In this document: in pieces, positions 1-8,430 of the stretch
Numbering within the stretch: position 1 is the stretch's first letter
Layout: each line of letters begins with the position of its first letter
From: Myxococcales bacterium
GTDB taxonomy: Bacteria > Myxococcota_A > UBA9042
Direction: 5' to 3'
Assembly (NCBI GenBank): GCA_037441385.1
Contig: JBBISH010000137.1
Span: 1-15,569 of the forward strand
DNA: 15,569 bases
Made by a program: the position numbers and the translations under genes
Notes under the pieces: model-generated
Told to the model about the DNA's origin: nothing
What the model saw: only the letters and a program-made list of their open reading frames with translations
Databases searched by the model: none

Positions 1-170
1 GTCCCAGCTACGGGTTGCCCCACTGGGGCGACCCGTTCACCCTTCGGGCGACCGCTGGGGCCCTTCTCCCTGCGGCGACCGCTAGGTCGCCTCAGTCGCT
101 CCGCTCCTTGCGCCTTGATTTGCATCCCAAATCGGCGGCCGTGGCGAATTTCGATGGTGGATCCTGGTCC
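1..170. repeat. Highly structured palindromic element, probably the end of a MITE/REP-like repeat (likely continues beyond the left edge)
   Basis: Pairings seen directly: 1-8 with 54-61, 11-22 with 24-35 (one G-U), a cUUCGg loop within 40-48, 74-80 with 85-91, and 111-122 with 128-137. The GCGGCG..CGCCTCA..GCGCCTTG layout recalls deltaproteobacterial MITE-like repeats (from memory, unverified). The right boundary is approximate. Confidence 0.45.
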
Positions 171-240
171 TCTGGATTTCGACCGAAAGGCCCGGTACGG
201 CCAGAGCTCTGCTGTGCCGCGCAAAAAAAGGGTCCCTCGC

Positions 241-568
241 CTACGCCGCCACGTCGACCACCGGCAGCTTGTCCGCGAAATCGACCCGAAGTCATCGCCG
301 ATGGCCAGATCCCGCCCAATCGCGCCGATGCCCTTGGGGAAAGCTCGCGCGGCGGCCGGGGCAGTGCTCCGTTTCTCGGCGCCAGACCAGTTGGGTCTCC
401 TTTGGCACGACTTCAGTCGGCATGCTCAAGTGTTTCGGGATCTTCTTGACCGCCGTGGCCAGAGTCATCACCGCAATCGGCCGGATCCCAGGCCGGGTAC
501 GCCTTGACGGCTTTGTGCAGCTCCTGCACCGAATCTCGAGTTTTTTCGGGGTCGCCGACGCCGGTGTA
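241..568 (-). pseudogene. Probable frameshifted 3' remnant of an unidentified gene
   Basis: Successive GC3-rich segments in shifting minus frames: YTGVGDPEKTRDSVQELHKAVKAYP / GIRPIAVMTLATAVKKIPKHLSMPTEVVPKETQLVW / ARAFPKGIGAIGRDLAIGDDF / VDFADKLPVVDVAA-stop (TAG at 243-241). The 5' side is cut at the CTAG at 569-572. Confidence 0.35.
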
Positions 569-588
569 CTAGGAGCGTGTCGGACTAA
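569..588 (+). mobile_element. Lone IS5-family/MITE-like terminal sequence CTAG-GAGCGTGTCGGACTAA
   Basis: Resembles GGAGCCTGTCGGACT-type terminal inverted repeats inserted at (C)TAG (recalled, unverified). I found no partner inverted repeat and no transposase in the window. Confidence 0.3.
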
Positions 589-847
589 CTCGGGTTTGTC
601 GTACTTGGCAAACGCTGTACAACCGACGAGTTTGGTGCCAGTCTTGCGCCCAACAACGGGTACCTTGGCGCGCTGCGGCCGCTCGCGCGATCCGCCGCCG
701 CCGGTGGCGTGCCGCGGCTACCGAACGGGGAACGACATGGGATTGACCAAGTGGATGCCGGCTCCGTCCGAATCGGATCGCCAACTGGGGCAGCTCTTTG
801 GGCCCGAACCAGGGCCCCCATCTGATTCTCGCCTGTTGCAGGCCGGG

Positions 848-3800
848 TTGGCGAAACCGTTTACGCGTGGATCAAACGGGGTTCGCAGGAGATGGACGTT
901 TTGGGCCGCCCTGGCGCTGAGCGTGGGCGCCTGCGGCAGCCAGCCGGGCGCAACCCCTGCGACGCAAGACGTCGCGCCAAGCGACGCGGCCAGCAGTGGC
1001 GCGGCCAGCAGTGACGTAGACGGCAGCACGGCGGACACGGCCGCGGACCAATCCGGCCCCGACGGGGCGGGCGACAGCGGGCCCTCGGCGTTCGATGCCG
1101 GCGATGCCGCGGCACCGCCAGACACTACTGGTAGTGGTAGCGACGCCGAAGCAGACACCACCGGTGGTGTAGATACACCAAACGGCGACTCCTGGACCGA
1201 CGCCGCGACCGGCGCGGGCGACACGAGCCCCGACGCCGGCAGCGACGCCACCGCTGGCAGCGACGCCGCTGTCCCGCCCGCCACCTGCGCGGCTGCCGAC
1301 GATTGCCCAAGCGCCGGGCCCTGTTTGCTGCCCCTCTGCTCGCCCAAACACCAGTGCCAGTTCGTGCCGGCCAGCGACGGTGCCCCTTGCAGCGACGGCA
1401 ACGCCTGCACGACCCTTGACCATTGCAGCGCCGGCCAGTGCCAAGGCGGCGCCGCGCTGGCCTGCGACGACCAGAATCCCTGCACCGCCGACCAGTGCAA
1501 CCCCGTAAAAGGCTGTATCAACCTGCCCACCGCGGCCACTGCCGGCTGCGACGACGGCGACCCGTGCACCAGCGGCGACACCTGCATGGCCGGCCAGTGC
1601 CAGCCCGGCGTCGCCATCTGTCAATGCAAAACCACCAGTGATTGCGCCAAGTACGAAGACGGCAACCTGTGCAACGGCTCGCTCTACTGCGACACCAGCT
1701 CCGGCGCGCCGTTTACCTGCAATCCCAACCCGGCCAGCGTGGTCGTCTGCCCGGGCGGCCAAGACAACGCCTGCCAGAAAAATACCTGCGTCCCCGCGAC
1801 CGGCGAGTGTAAGCTATTGATTTCGCCGAAAAACACCCCTTGCGACGACGGCGACAGCTGCACCAGCGGCGATGTCTGCGACCAGGGGCTGTGCCAGGGC
1901 GGCCAAAACACCTGCTACTGCAAGACCGACGCCGACTGCGCCAGCCAAGAGGACGGCAACTTGTGCAACGGCGTGCTTTTCTGCAACAAGGCGCTGGCGC
2001 AGTGCCAGGTCAACCCGGTGAGCGTGGTGACCTGCCAGACCGTGGACAACACCTTCTGCACGCAGAACCTGTGCAACCCCAAGGATGGCAAGTGCTACTA
2101 CGTGCCCGTTCACGAAGGCAAAAGCTGCGACGACGGCAATCCCTGCACGCCCAACGAGAGCTGTCAAAGCGGCCAATGTCAGACCGCTACCAACACCTGC
2201 GAGTGCCAAAACGACATGGATTGCCTAAAGAAAGATGACGGCGACCCGTGCAACGGGGCCCTGTACTGCGACCTTGCCAGCAAGAAGTGCATGACCAATC
2301 CAGCGACGGTCGTGCACTGCAACACCGACGACGATCCGCCGTGTTTATCCGATGTTTGCGATCCCAAGACCGGCAAATGCAGCCTGATCGCCCTACCCAA
2401 AGACGGCACGCCCTGCGACGACGGCAACTCGTGCACGCCGGGATCGTGGTGTCAAAGCGGCCAGTGCGCGGCCCAGACCAACACCTGCGAGTGCCAGAAG
2501 GACGCGGATTGCCTGGGCAAAGAGGACGGCGATTTGTGCAACGGCACCCTGTACTGCGACCAGGCCAGCAACCACTGCTTGGTCAACCCAGCGAGCGTGG
2601 TCGAGTGCCCCAGCGCTTTTGACGAGGCGTGCCTGACCAACCAATGCGACAAGAAAACAGGAAGTTGCGGAATGAAGCCCGCGCATCAAGGCAACCAGTG
2701 CGGCAGCGACTCGCCCTGCACGGCCGGGGGCTGGTGCAGCTACGGCAGCTGCGACGCCCCAATCAAGGGCGTCTGCCAATGCGAAAGCGACAGCGATTGC
2801 GCTAAGTTGGAAGACGGCAACCTGTGTAACGGTACGCTCTATTGCGACAAGACCGGCACTGACAAGGCCAGTAAAGCGCCGCAGTGCAAGGTGAACCCGG
2901 CGACAGAGGTCGTGTGCCCCACGGTCGACGATACGGCGTGCCAGAAGAACACCTGCCAGCCCAAGAGCGGTGTGTGCCAAATTCAGGTGATTTCGGCCAC
3001 TTGCAACGACGGCGACCCTTGCACCTTGGCCGACGTGTGCAAGAACGGCGGTTGCGCCGGCACCGCAGTCCTCTGCGAAGACGGCGACCCGTGCACCAGC
3101 GACACCTGCATCAAGGGCTTTGGCTGTGTGGCGTTGGCGGCGGCGGCCAGCACGTGCGACGACGGTAACGTGTGCACTACGGATTCGTGTGTGCCCAAGC
3201 TGGGTTGCGTGCATGGCTATGCGCCAGGCAGCTGCGACGACGGCAGCGCCTGTACCGGCAGCGACGCCTGCAAAGACGGCAAATGCGTAGGCGTGGTGCT
3301 GACATGCGACGACGGCGTGACTTGCAGCGCCGACAGCTGCGACCCGACCGCGGGCTGCCAGCACACGCCAGTCGGCGACGGCGGGACGTGCAGCGACGGC
3401 AACGCCTGCACCGGTCAAGACGCGTGCAAAGGCGGAAAATGCGTAGGTGTCGCCCTAAGTTGCGACGACAAGAACCCGTGCACCAGCGACGGCTGCGACC
3501 CCAACGCGGGGTGCACGGCCGCGGCGGCGCCGGGCGGCTGCGATGACGGCAATGCCTGCACCAGCGGCGACTCCTGCAAATCGGGCAATTGCGTAGGAAC
3601 GGCCAAAACGTGCGACGACGGCGCAGCCTGTACCACCGATGCTTGCACGCCCGCCGCCGGCTGCCAATTCCTGCCCGTGCCGGACGGCAATGCCTGCAGC
3701 GACGGCAGCGCGTGTACGACCCTTGACGCCTGCAAAGCCGGCAAATGCGCAGGCTCTATCTTAAGTTGCGACGACAACAACCCCTGCACCGCCGACAGCT

Positions 3801-6562
3801 GCGACCCGACCAGCGGCTGCACCAGCGCGGCCACCGGCGGCGGCTGCGACGACGGCAACGCGTGCACCAGCCTGGACCACTGCCAGGGCGGAGCGTGCCT
3901 GGGCGGCGGCAACGCCTGCGATGACCAAAATCCATGCACCGACGACAGTTGCAAGGCCGGCGCCTGCAGCCACGCCGCCAATAGTGCTCCGTGCACCGAC
4001 GGCAGCGCCTGCACGACCCAGGACACCTGCCAGGGCGCGGTTTGCGTGGGTGGCACCAAGCTGGACTGCGACGACAAGAATTCATGCACTTTTGACGGCT
4101 GCGCGGCAGCGAGCGGTTGCTTGCACGCGGTCTCGGCGGCCACCTGCGACGACGGCGACGCGTGCACGAGCGGCGACGCGTGCCAGAATTTGGACGGCGT
4201 GGGCCTGTGCCGCGGTGCCACGCTGGACTGCAATGACCAGAACCTATGCACTTCAGATAGCTGTGACAAGATCGCCGGTTGCCAGCACAGCCCCAACACG
4301 GCCCCGTGCAACGACGGCGACGCATGCACGACCCAAGACGCCTGCAAAGACGGCAACTGCGCAGCCGGCAAGGCAAAGAACTGCGACGACGGCAACATTT
4401 GCACGCAAGACCTGTGCGTCGCCGCCAGCGGCGCCTGCGCCAACACCGACGTCGCCGCGACCTTGTGCGACGATGGCAAACCGTGCACCGACGACCTTTG
4501 CCACCCCATCCTTGGCTGCAGCCATGTCAACAACGCGGCGGCCTGCAGCGACGGCGACGCGTGCACCACCGGCGACGGCTGCAGCGGCGGCAAGTGCAGC
4601 TCGACGGGCACGCAGACCTGCAGCGATGCCAAGGTGTGTACCGACGATTCATGTGACCCCAAGCAAGGTTGCGTCTTCACGCCCAACTCCGCAGCCTGCA
4701 ATGACGGCCTTGGCTGCACCGTGAGCGACACCTGCAAGGACGGCAGTTGCACCGGCAAGCTCAGCTGCGACGACCAGAACTCTTGCACGGCCGACAGCTG
4801 CGACTTTGGCACGGCGACGTGCGCCCACCAGAGCCTGGACGGCCAAACCTGCGACGACGGCGACGCTTGCACGGCCGAGAGCTTATGCAAATCGTCGACT
4901 TGCCAGGCGACCAAACCCAAGACTTGCGACGACGGCAATCTGTGCACCGACGACAGTTGCGACAAACTCAAGGGCTGCCAGACCGTGAACAACACCGCCA
5001 GTTGTTCGACCGGAACCTGCACAGGCGGCGATGCTTGCGCCGCGGGTAGCTGCAAGTCGTCCGGCAAGGCGCTGCTGCACGTCTGGAACTATGACGACCC
5101 TGACTACAACATTGCCGAGGATCTCTGGCATGTTGCACCCGTGGCCGACGGCGGCTGGGTGGCCGTGGGCGCGCGACGCAACACCTGCTGCGGCGCCAGC
5201 CAAGACGCGCTGGTGGTTCGCTTTGGGCCGGCCGGGACCGTTTCCTGGACCAAAGTCCTAGACTTCTCGTCGGGTAGCTACGATTGGGCCGAGCACGTCT
5301 CGGTCGAGGCCAACGGTACACTGGTGGTGCTGGGATCGACCAACACCGCACTGGAAGACGGCTTTGTCGCACGGCTTTCGCTGGCCGACGGCAGCCTGCT
5401 CAGCAAGGCTATCTGGGTCACGTCGACCACGGCGGTCTACGAGGAGCGAGTGTGGACGGCGGCCCGAGTCGTGACCGCGAACGGCGTGCGCTGGTTGGCG
5501 GCGGGCGGTCGCCACGTGAACGCTGCGGGGGCCAACGCCGACGGCTTTGTGACCCAGGTCGCCAGCGACGGCACGGTCGATTGGACGGTGATCCTAGACG
5601 ACAACCCAGGAAACACGACCGATTTGACGGTCACCGGGGTCGCATCGACCCCCGACGGCGGCTTCTATCTTGCGGGTTCGACCAACGCCCCATCGTCGGC
5701 GGCCGGCGCCGATGGCAAAGTGGCCAGCGGCCTTGGCAGCCAGGACATCTTCTTGGCCCGCTACGACTCCAAGCGGGTCTTGCAGTGGTTCCGGCGGCTT
5801 GGCGGCAACAACTTCGACTTTGCCCACGGCGTGGCCACCTTGGCCGATGGCGGCGCGATTGTCACCGGCACCTTTGGCGGTCTTGACGCCTACATCGCCC
5901 GCGTGGACGGCAGCGGCACGACCACCTGGTCCACGCAGATCGACGCCGGCAGCGGCGGCTACGACTACGGCGGCAACCCGCTCATCTGGCCTGACGGCAC
6001 CGTGGGGCTGTGCTGGTGGGGCGCCTTCCAAGGCAACGGCCCGTGGCCCAACATCAGCAGGTACGACCCGGCCGGCAAGCTCTTGTGGAACAAGACCTAT
6101 ACGACCTCGTCACCCGTTGAATTTGCGCAATTGGCGCTGTTGCCAGGCGGCGGCCTGATCGGCGTGGGATCGCTGCTCTACGGCGCCTCGCGCGGCGGCC
6201 TGCTGGTGCGCGCCGACCCTTGGGGCGAATCAAGCTGCGGCGTCAGCAAGGCATGCGCCGAAAAGGACCCCGCGACCTGCGACGACGGCGAGCCCTGCAC
6301 CTGGAACAGCGGCTGCGACGGCAGCACCGGCGCATGCCTGCAAAAATCGGCCACTGGCGCGTGCCAAGATGGCAACGCCTGCACGAACGGCGACACCTGC
6401 CAAAACAGCGTGTGCACAGGCGGCCCTGCGGTGCTCTGCAACGACAACAACCCGTGTACCGCCGACTGGTGCGATACCGGCAAAGGCTGTCAAACGTCGA
6501 CCTATCCCGACGGCTTCGCCTGTGCCACCGGCAAGACTTGTTTGGCCGGCGTCTGCCAGTAG
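848..6562 (+). CDS. Giant (~1900 aa) Cys-rich repeat surface lipoprotein with Dictyostelium-type CTxDxC repeats and a probable beta-propeller domain
   Basis: Open frame 269..6562. The start is more likely TTG 848 (or ATG 737), giving RRRWTFWAALALSVGA-C with the lipobox Cys at 932-934. Then a D/A/G/S/T-rich linker (~935-1280), Cys repeats (~1285-5055), a Cys-poor region with propeller-like repeats such as QDIFLARYD..LQWFRRLGG and DAYIARVDGSGTTTWS (~5060-6225), and a Cys-rich tail ending CATGKTCLAGVCQ. Confidence 0.9.
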   Translation: MAKPFTRGSNGVRRRWTFWAALALSVGACGSQPGATPATQDVAPSDAASSGAASSDVDGSTADTAADQSGPDGAGDSGPSAFDAGDAAAPPDTTGSGSDAEADTTGGVDTPNGDSWTDAATGAGDTSPDAGSDATAGSDAAVPPATCAAADDCPSAGPCLLPLCSPKHQCQFVPASDGAPCSDGNACTTLDHCSAGQCQGGAALACDDQNPCTADQCNPVKGCINLPTAATAGCDDGDPCTSGDTCMAGQCQPGVAICQCKTTSDCAKYEDGNLCNGSLYCDTSSGAPFTCNPNPASVVVCPGGQDNACQKNTCVPATGECKLLISPKNTPCDDGDSCTSGDVCDQGLCQGGQNTCYCKTDADCASQEDGNLCNGVLFCNKALAQCQVNPVSVVTCQTVDNTFCTQNLCNPKDGKCYYVPVHEGKSCDDGNPCTPNESCQSGQCQTATNTCECQNDMDCLKKDDGDPCNGALYCDLASKKCMTNPATVVHCNTDDDPPCLSDVCDPKTGKCSLIALPKDGTPCDDGNSCTPGSWCQSGQCAAQTNTCECQKDADCLGKEDGDLCNGTLYCDQASNHCLVNPASVVECPSAFDEACLTNQCDKKTGSCGMKPAHQGNQCGSDSPCTAGGWCSYGSCDAPIKGVCQCESDSDCAKLEDGNLCNGTLYCDKTGTDKASKAPQCKVNPATEVVCPTVDDTACQKNTCQPKSGVCQIQVISATCNDGDPCTLADVCKNGGCAGTAVLCEDGDPCTSDTCIKGFGCVALAAAASTCDDGNVCTTDSCVPKLGCVHGYAPGSCDDGSACTGSDACKDGKCVGVVLTCDDGVTCSADSCDPTAGCQHTPVGDGGTCSDGNACTGQDACKGGKCVGVALSCDDKNPCTSDGCDPNAGCTAAAAPGGCDDGNACTSGDSCKSGNCVGTAKTCDDGAACTTDACTPAAGCQFLPVPDGNACSDGSACTTLDACKAGKCAGSILSCDDNNPCTADSCDPTSGCTSAATGGGCDDGNACTSLDHCQGGACLGGGNACDDQNPCTDDSCKAGACSHAANSAPCTDGSACTTQDTCQGAVCVGGTKLDCDDKNSCTFDGCAAASGCLHAVSAATCDDGDACTSGDACQNLDGVGLCRGATLDCNDQNLCTSDSCDKIAGCQHSPNTAPCNDGDACTTQDACKDGNCAAGKAKNCDDGNICTQDLCVAASGACANTDVAATLCDDGKPCTDDLCHPILGCSHVNNAAACSDGDACTTGDGCSGGKCSSTGTQTCSDAKVCTDDSCDPKQGCVFTPNSAACNDGLGCTVSDTCKDGSCTGKLSCDDQNSCTADSCDFGTATCAHQSLDGQTCDDGDACTAESLCKSSTCQATKPKTCDDGNLCTDDSCDKLKGCQTVNNTASCSTGTCTGGDACAAGSCKSSGKALLHVWNYDDPDYNIAEDLWHVAPVADGGWVAVGARRNTCCGASQDALVVRFGPAGTVSWTKVLDFSSGSYDWAEHVSVEANGTLVVLGSTNTALEDGFVARLSLADGSLLSKAIWVTSTTAVYEERVWTAARVVTANGVRWLAAGGRHVNAAGANADGFVTQVASDGTVDWTVILDDNPGNTTDLTVTGVASTPDGGFYLAGSTNAPSSAAGADGKVASGLGSQDIFLARYDSKRVLQWFRRLGGNNFDFAHGVATLADGGAIVTGTFGGLDAYIARVDGSGTTTWSTQIDAGSGGYDYGGNPLIWPDGTVGLCWWGAFQGNGPWPNISRYDPAGKLLWNKTYTTSSPVEFAQLALLPGGGLIGVGSLLYGASRGGLLVRADPWGESSCGVSKACAEKDPATCDDGEPCTWNSGCDGSTGACLQKSATGACQDGNACTNGDTCQNSVCTGGPAVLCNDNNPCTADWCDTGKGCQTSTYPDGFACATGKTCLAGVCQ
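1619..3060 (+). repeat. Five ~96-aa, 14-Cys coding super-repeats (CxCxxDxDCxxxEDGNLCNGxLYC...VNPAxVVxC...)
   Basis: Units begin at 1619, 1913, 2198, 2486 and 2774 (spacings 294, 285, 288 and 288 bp), with conserved Cys spacing in the translation. Confidence 0.9.
3001..5055 (+). repeat. Array of ~24-aa, 4-Cys repeats, mostly alternating two subtypes (CDDxNPCTxDxCDPxxGCxH and CxDGxACTxxDxCxxGxCxG)
   Basis: Read directly from the translation. The consensus matches the Dictyostelium EcmA/EcmB-type repeat (Pfam PF00526). Confidence 0.85.
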
Positions 6563-6621
6563 CTGCGCTGGGTGGCCTCCTTGGTTCCGCGCCGACCGGA
6601 GTCAACGCCGAAATCGAGCCC

Positions 6622-6686
6622 CAAGTCGGGCTCTCAAGTCGGGCTCTCAAGTCCGGCTCTCAAGTCCGGCTCTCAAGTCTGGCTCT
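6622..6686 (+). repeat. Intergenic tandem repeat, 5 x 13 bp CAAGTC[G/C/T]GGCTCT
   Basis: Units start at 6622, 6635, 6648, 6661 and 6674. They differ only at position 7 (G, G, C, C, T). Confidence 0.95.
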
Positions 6687-6787
6687 GCGGGCCCAAGGTG
6701 CCAAACTGGAGTGCGCCCCAGCAGATCGCCCGTGCGCGCCTGCTGTCCAGGCTGCGGTGGCATCGGCCGTCGGGGGGGAGGCTCGAT

Positions 6788-6816
6788 TTGACCCGCCAGT
6801 CATGGACGAGTAGCCT
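6788..6816 (+). promoter_or_regulatory. Putative sigma70-type promoter
   Basis: TTGACC (6788-6793), 17-bp spacer, TAGCCT (6811-6816). Predicted transcription start near 6823. Confidence 0.5.
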
Positions 6817-7029
6817 GCCGACATGGCTCGGATGTCCCGGCCCGGTGAAGCGATGGCAAGACGTTTGCTGCGGAATCCGCCCACGTTGGCTCGAAGACTC
6901 CGGGAATTCTTTGGGTTAGAACGGGGAAACCCATCTGGGTTTCGGTGGTTGTCGACTGTGGCAGCGAAGCCGCAAGGGCGTGAATCAGGTGGGGCTTGCG
7001 GCGGGCCGCACCCTGCCGGCACCAATGCC

Positions 7030-8406
7030 TTGGGCGCAGGGCGCAACCCAGCCCGGCGGCGACCAATTCTCCTGCCGTGGGCGTGGCTGGCGGCGTGCTG
7101 TGCCGCTTGTGTCGAGCTCCCCACCGGTGCAGAGCCGGCGCCAGCGCCGCTGGGCCCGCGCGCTACGGCGACGGCCGAGCTGGCGTTGGTCGACGCACCG
7201 ACCCTGACTCTGGTCGATCCGCCCGAAGGCAAGGTCTACTACGTGGATTACACGGCACCTGCGGCAGTCCACGTTGACATTACCATGCAAATCAATGGCT
7301 TTACGCTTGGGCCGGCCAATGGGATGGTCATCTGCCACGTCAATGGCGGGGGGCCAAGTCTCACCGCCACGTCTGGACTGCTCAAGGGTGTCGATCTTGG
7401 CACAGCCAAGGGTGTTCGAGTGATCTCGTGCACCTTGGCGTTACCCACCACCGGAAAATTGCAGGGGCCGGAAGCAACGGCCAACCTGCACCTGTACATT
7501 GCCCAGGACCCGACCAAGCTCGACGACGCCAACACGTGCAAGACCGACAGCGACTGTGTCGATCCCATGCCGTGCAGCGTTGGCAAGTGCGGGAACGGCA
7601 AATGCAGCTACCTGTATGCCCAAAAAGATCCCGCATGCTGCTCGACGTCGTACGAATGTCCTGCCGGTCGCGTGTGCATCGGCAGCGGACTCGCCGCGTC
7701 GTGCAGCCTTTGCCAGGTCGACAGTCAGTGCGACGACCAAGATCCTTGCACGTTTGACAAGTGCACGCCTGGCACGGGGCTGTGTGCGTTCGTGGCCGGC
7801 GGTGACCCCCTGTGCTGCAAGGTCTCGGCCGACTGCAATGATTACGATCCCTTGACCGAGGACTGGTGCGACGGCAACCACCAGTGCAAGTACAAAGCCG
7901 CCAGCGATGCCAGCGCCACGGACAGCAGCGAGTCGCCCGACGCGTTGGACGCGGCCAGCCCGGGCGACTCCTTGGCGACACCGGACGACCTCGCTGCGCA
8001 AGACGTGGCCATCGCAGAGACGGCTGGCGACGGGGCGAGTGCCGGCGCCGCCGACGCATCCGCCCCCGACGCATCCGCCGCCGACACCAGTTCGGCAGAC
8101 GCGGCGGTCACGCCCGATTTGCCGGATGCGTCCGCTGCGCCGGATGCGCCTGCTGCGTCGCCGGACCAGTCCGACGCAGGCCTGTGCGACTCGCCGGACG
8201 GCTGCGGGCTAGGCGAGGTCGATACGTGCACTGGAGACGCGCAGGTCTGCCACCCCAACGGCACGTCGAGTCCTTCTGGGCCGGCCGACAACGGCTGTAG
8301 CGCGGTGACCTTTGGCGCCCACTCCAGCGCAGAAAAGTGGCTGCTTCTGGTGGTGGCTGGCTTGGCTGCGGCTCGGCGCCGACGTGGCGGCGCGTCGCCC
8401 GCGTAG
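7030..8406 (+). CDS. Cys-rich exported protein with a MYXO-CTERM-like C-terminal sorting signal and a possible N-terminal lipoprotein signal
   Basis: Open frame 6823..8406; start uncertain (TTG 7030 precedes RRRPILLPWAWLAACCAAC). Contains a beta-rich N-domain, CxxDxDCxDxxPC...CC repeats and a D/A/S/P-rich linker. Ends NGCSA (Cys at 8296), hydrophobic WLLLVVAGLAAA, then RRRR. Confidence 0.8.
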   Translation: MGAGRNPARRRPILLPWAWLAACCAACVELPTGAEPAPAPLGPRATATAELALVDAPTLTLVDPPEGKVYYVDYTAPAAVHVDITMQINGFTLGPANGMVICHVNGGGPSLTATSGLLKGVDLGTAKGVRVISCTLALPTTGKLQGPEATANLHLYIAQDPTKLDDANTCKTDSDCVDPMPCSVGKCGNGKCSYLYAQKDPACCSTSYECPAGRVCIGSGLAASCSLCQVDSQCDDQDPCTFDKCTPGTGLCAFVAGGDPLCCKVSADCNDYDPLTEDWCDGNHQCKYKAASDASATDSSESPDALDAASPGDSLATPDDLAAQDVAIAETAGDGASAGAADASAPDASAADTSSADAAVTPDLPDASAAPDAPAASPDQSDAGLCDSPDGCGLGEVDTCTGDAQVCHPNGTSSPSGPADNGCSAVTFGAHSSAEKWLLLVVAGLAAARRRRGGASPA

Positions 8407-8430
8407 AATCCGCGCGCCGGTCAGAGCGGG

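Noticed and set aside
222..243. Possible intrinsic terminator on the minus strand (AGGGACCC followed by a T-run)
   Set aside because: The stem is too short and the loop too small to support a call.
269..736. N-terminal extension of the 2097-aa ORF
   Set aside because: It would bury the lipoprotein signal ~200 aa inside the protein. The region overlaps a minus-strand remnant and an IS-like end, and reads as non-coding.
718..5067. Long antisense and alternate-frame ORFs over the giant gene (e.g. 718-1617, 872-1762, 2393-3418, 3415-5067)
   Set aside because: These are shadow ORFs expected from GC-rich repetitive coding DNA; their translations mirror the Cys/Asp codons of the real gene.
6622..6686. 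Possible CRISPR array
   Set aside because: The 13-bp units are contiguous with no spacers, and there are no cas genes in the window.
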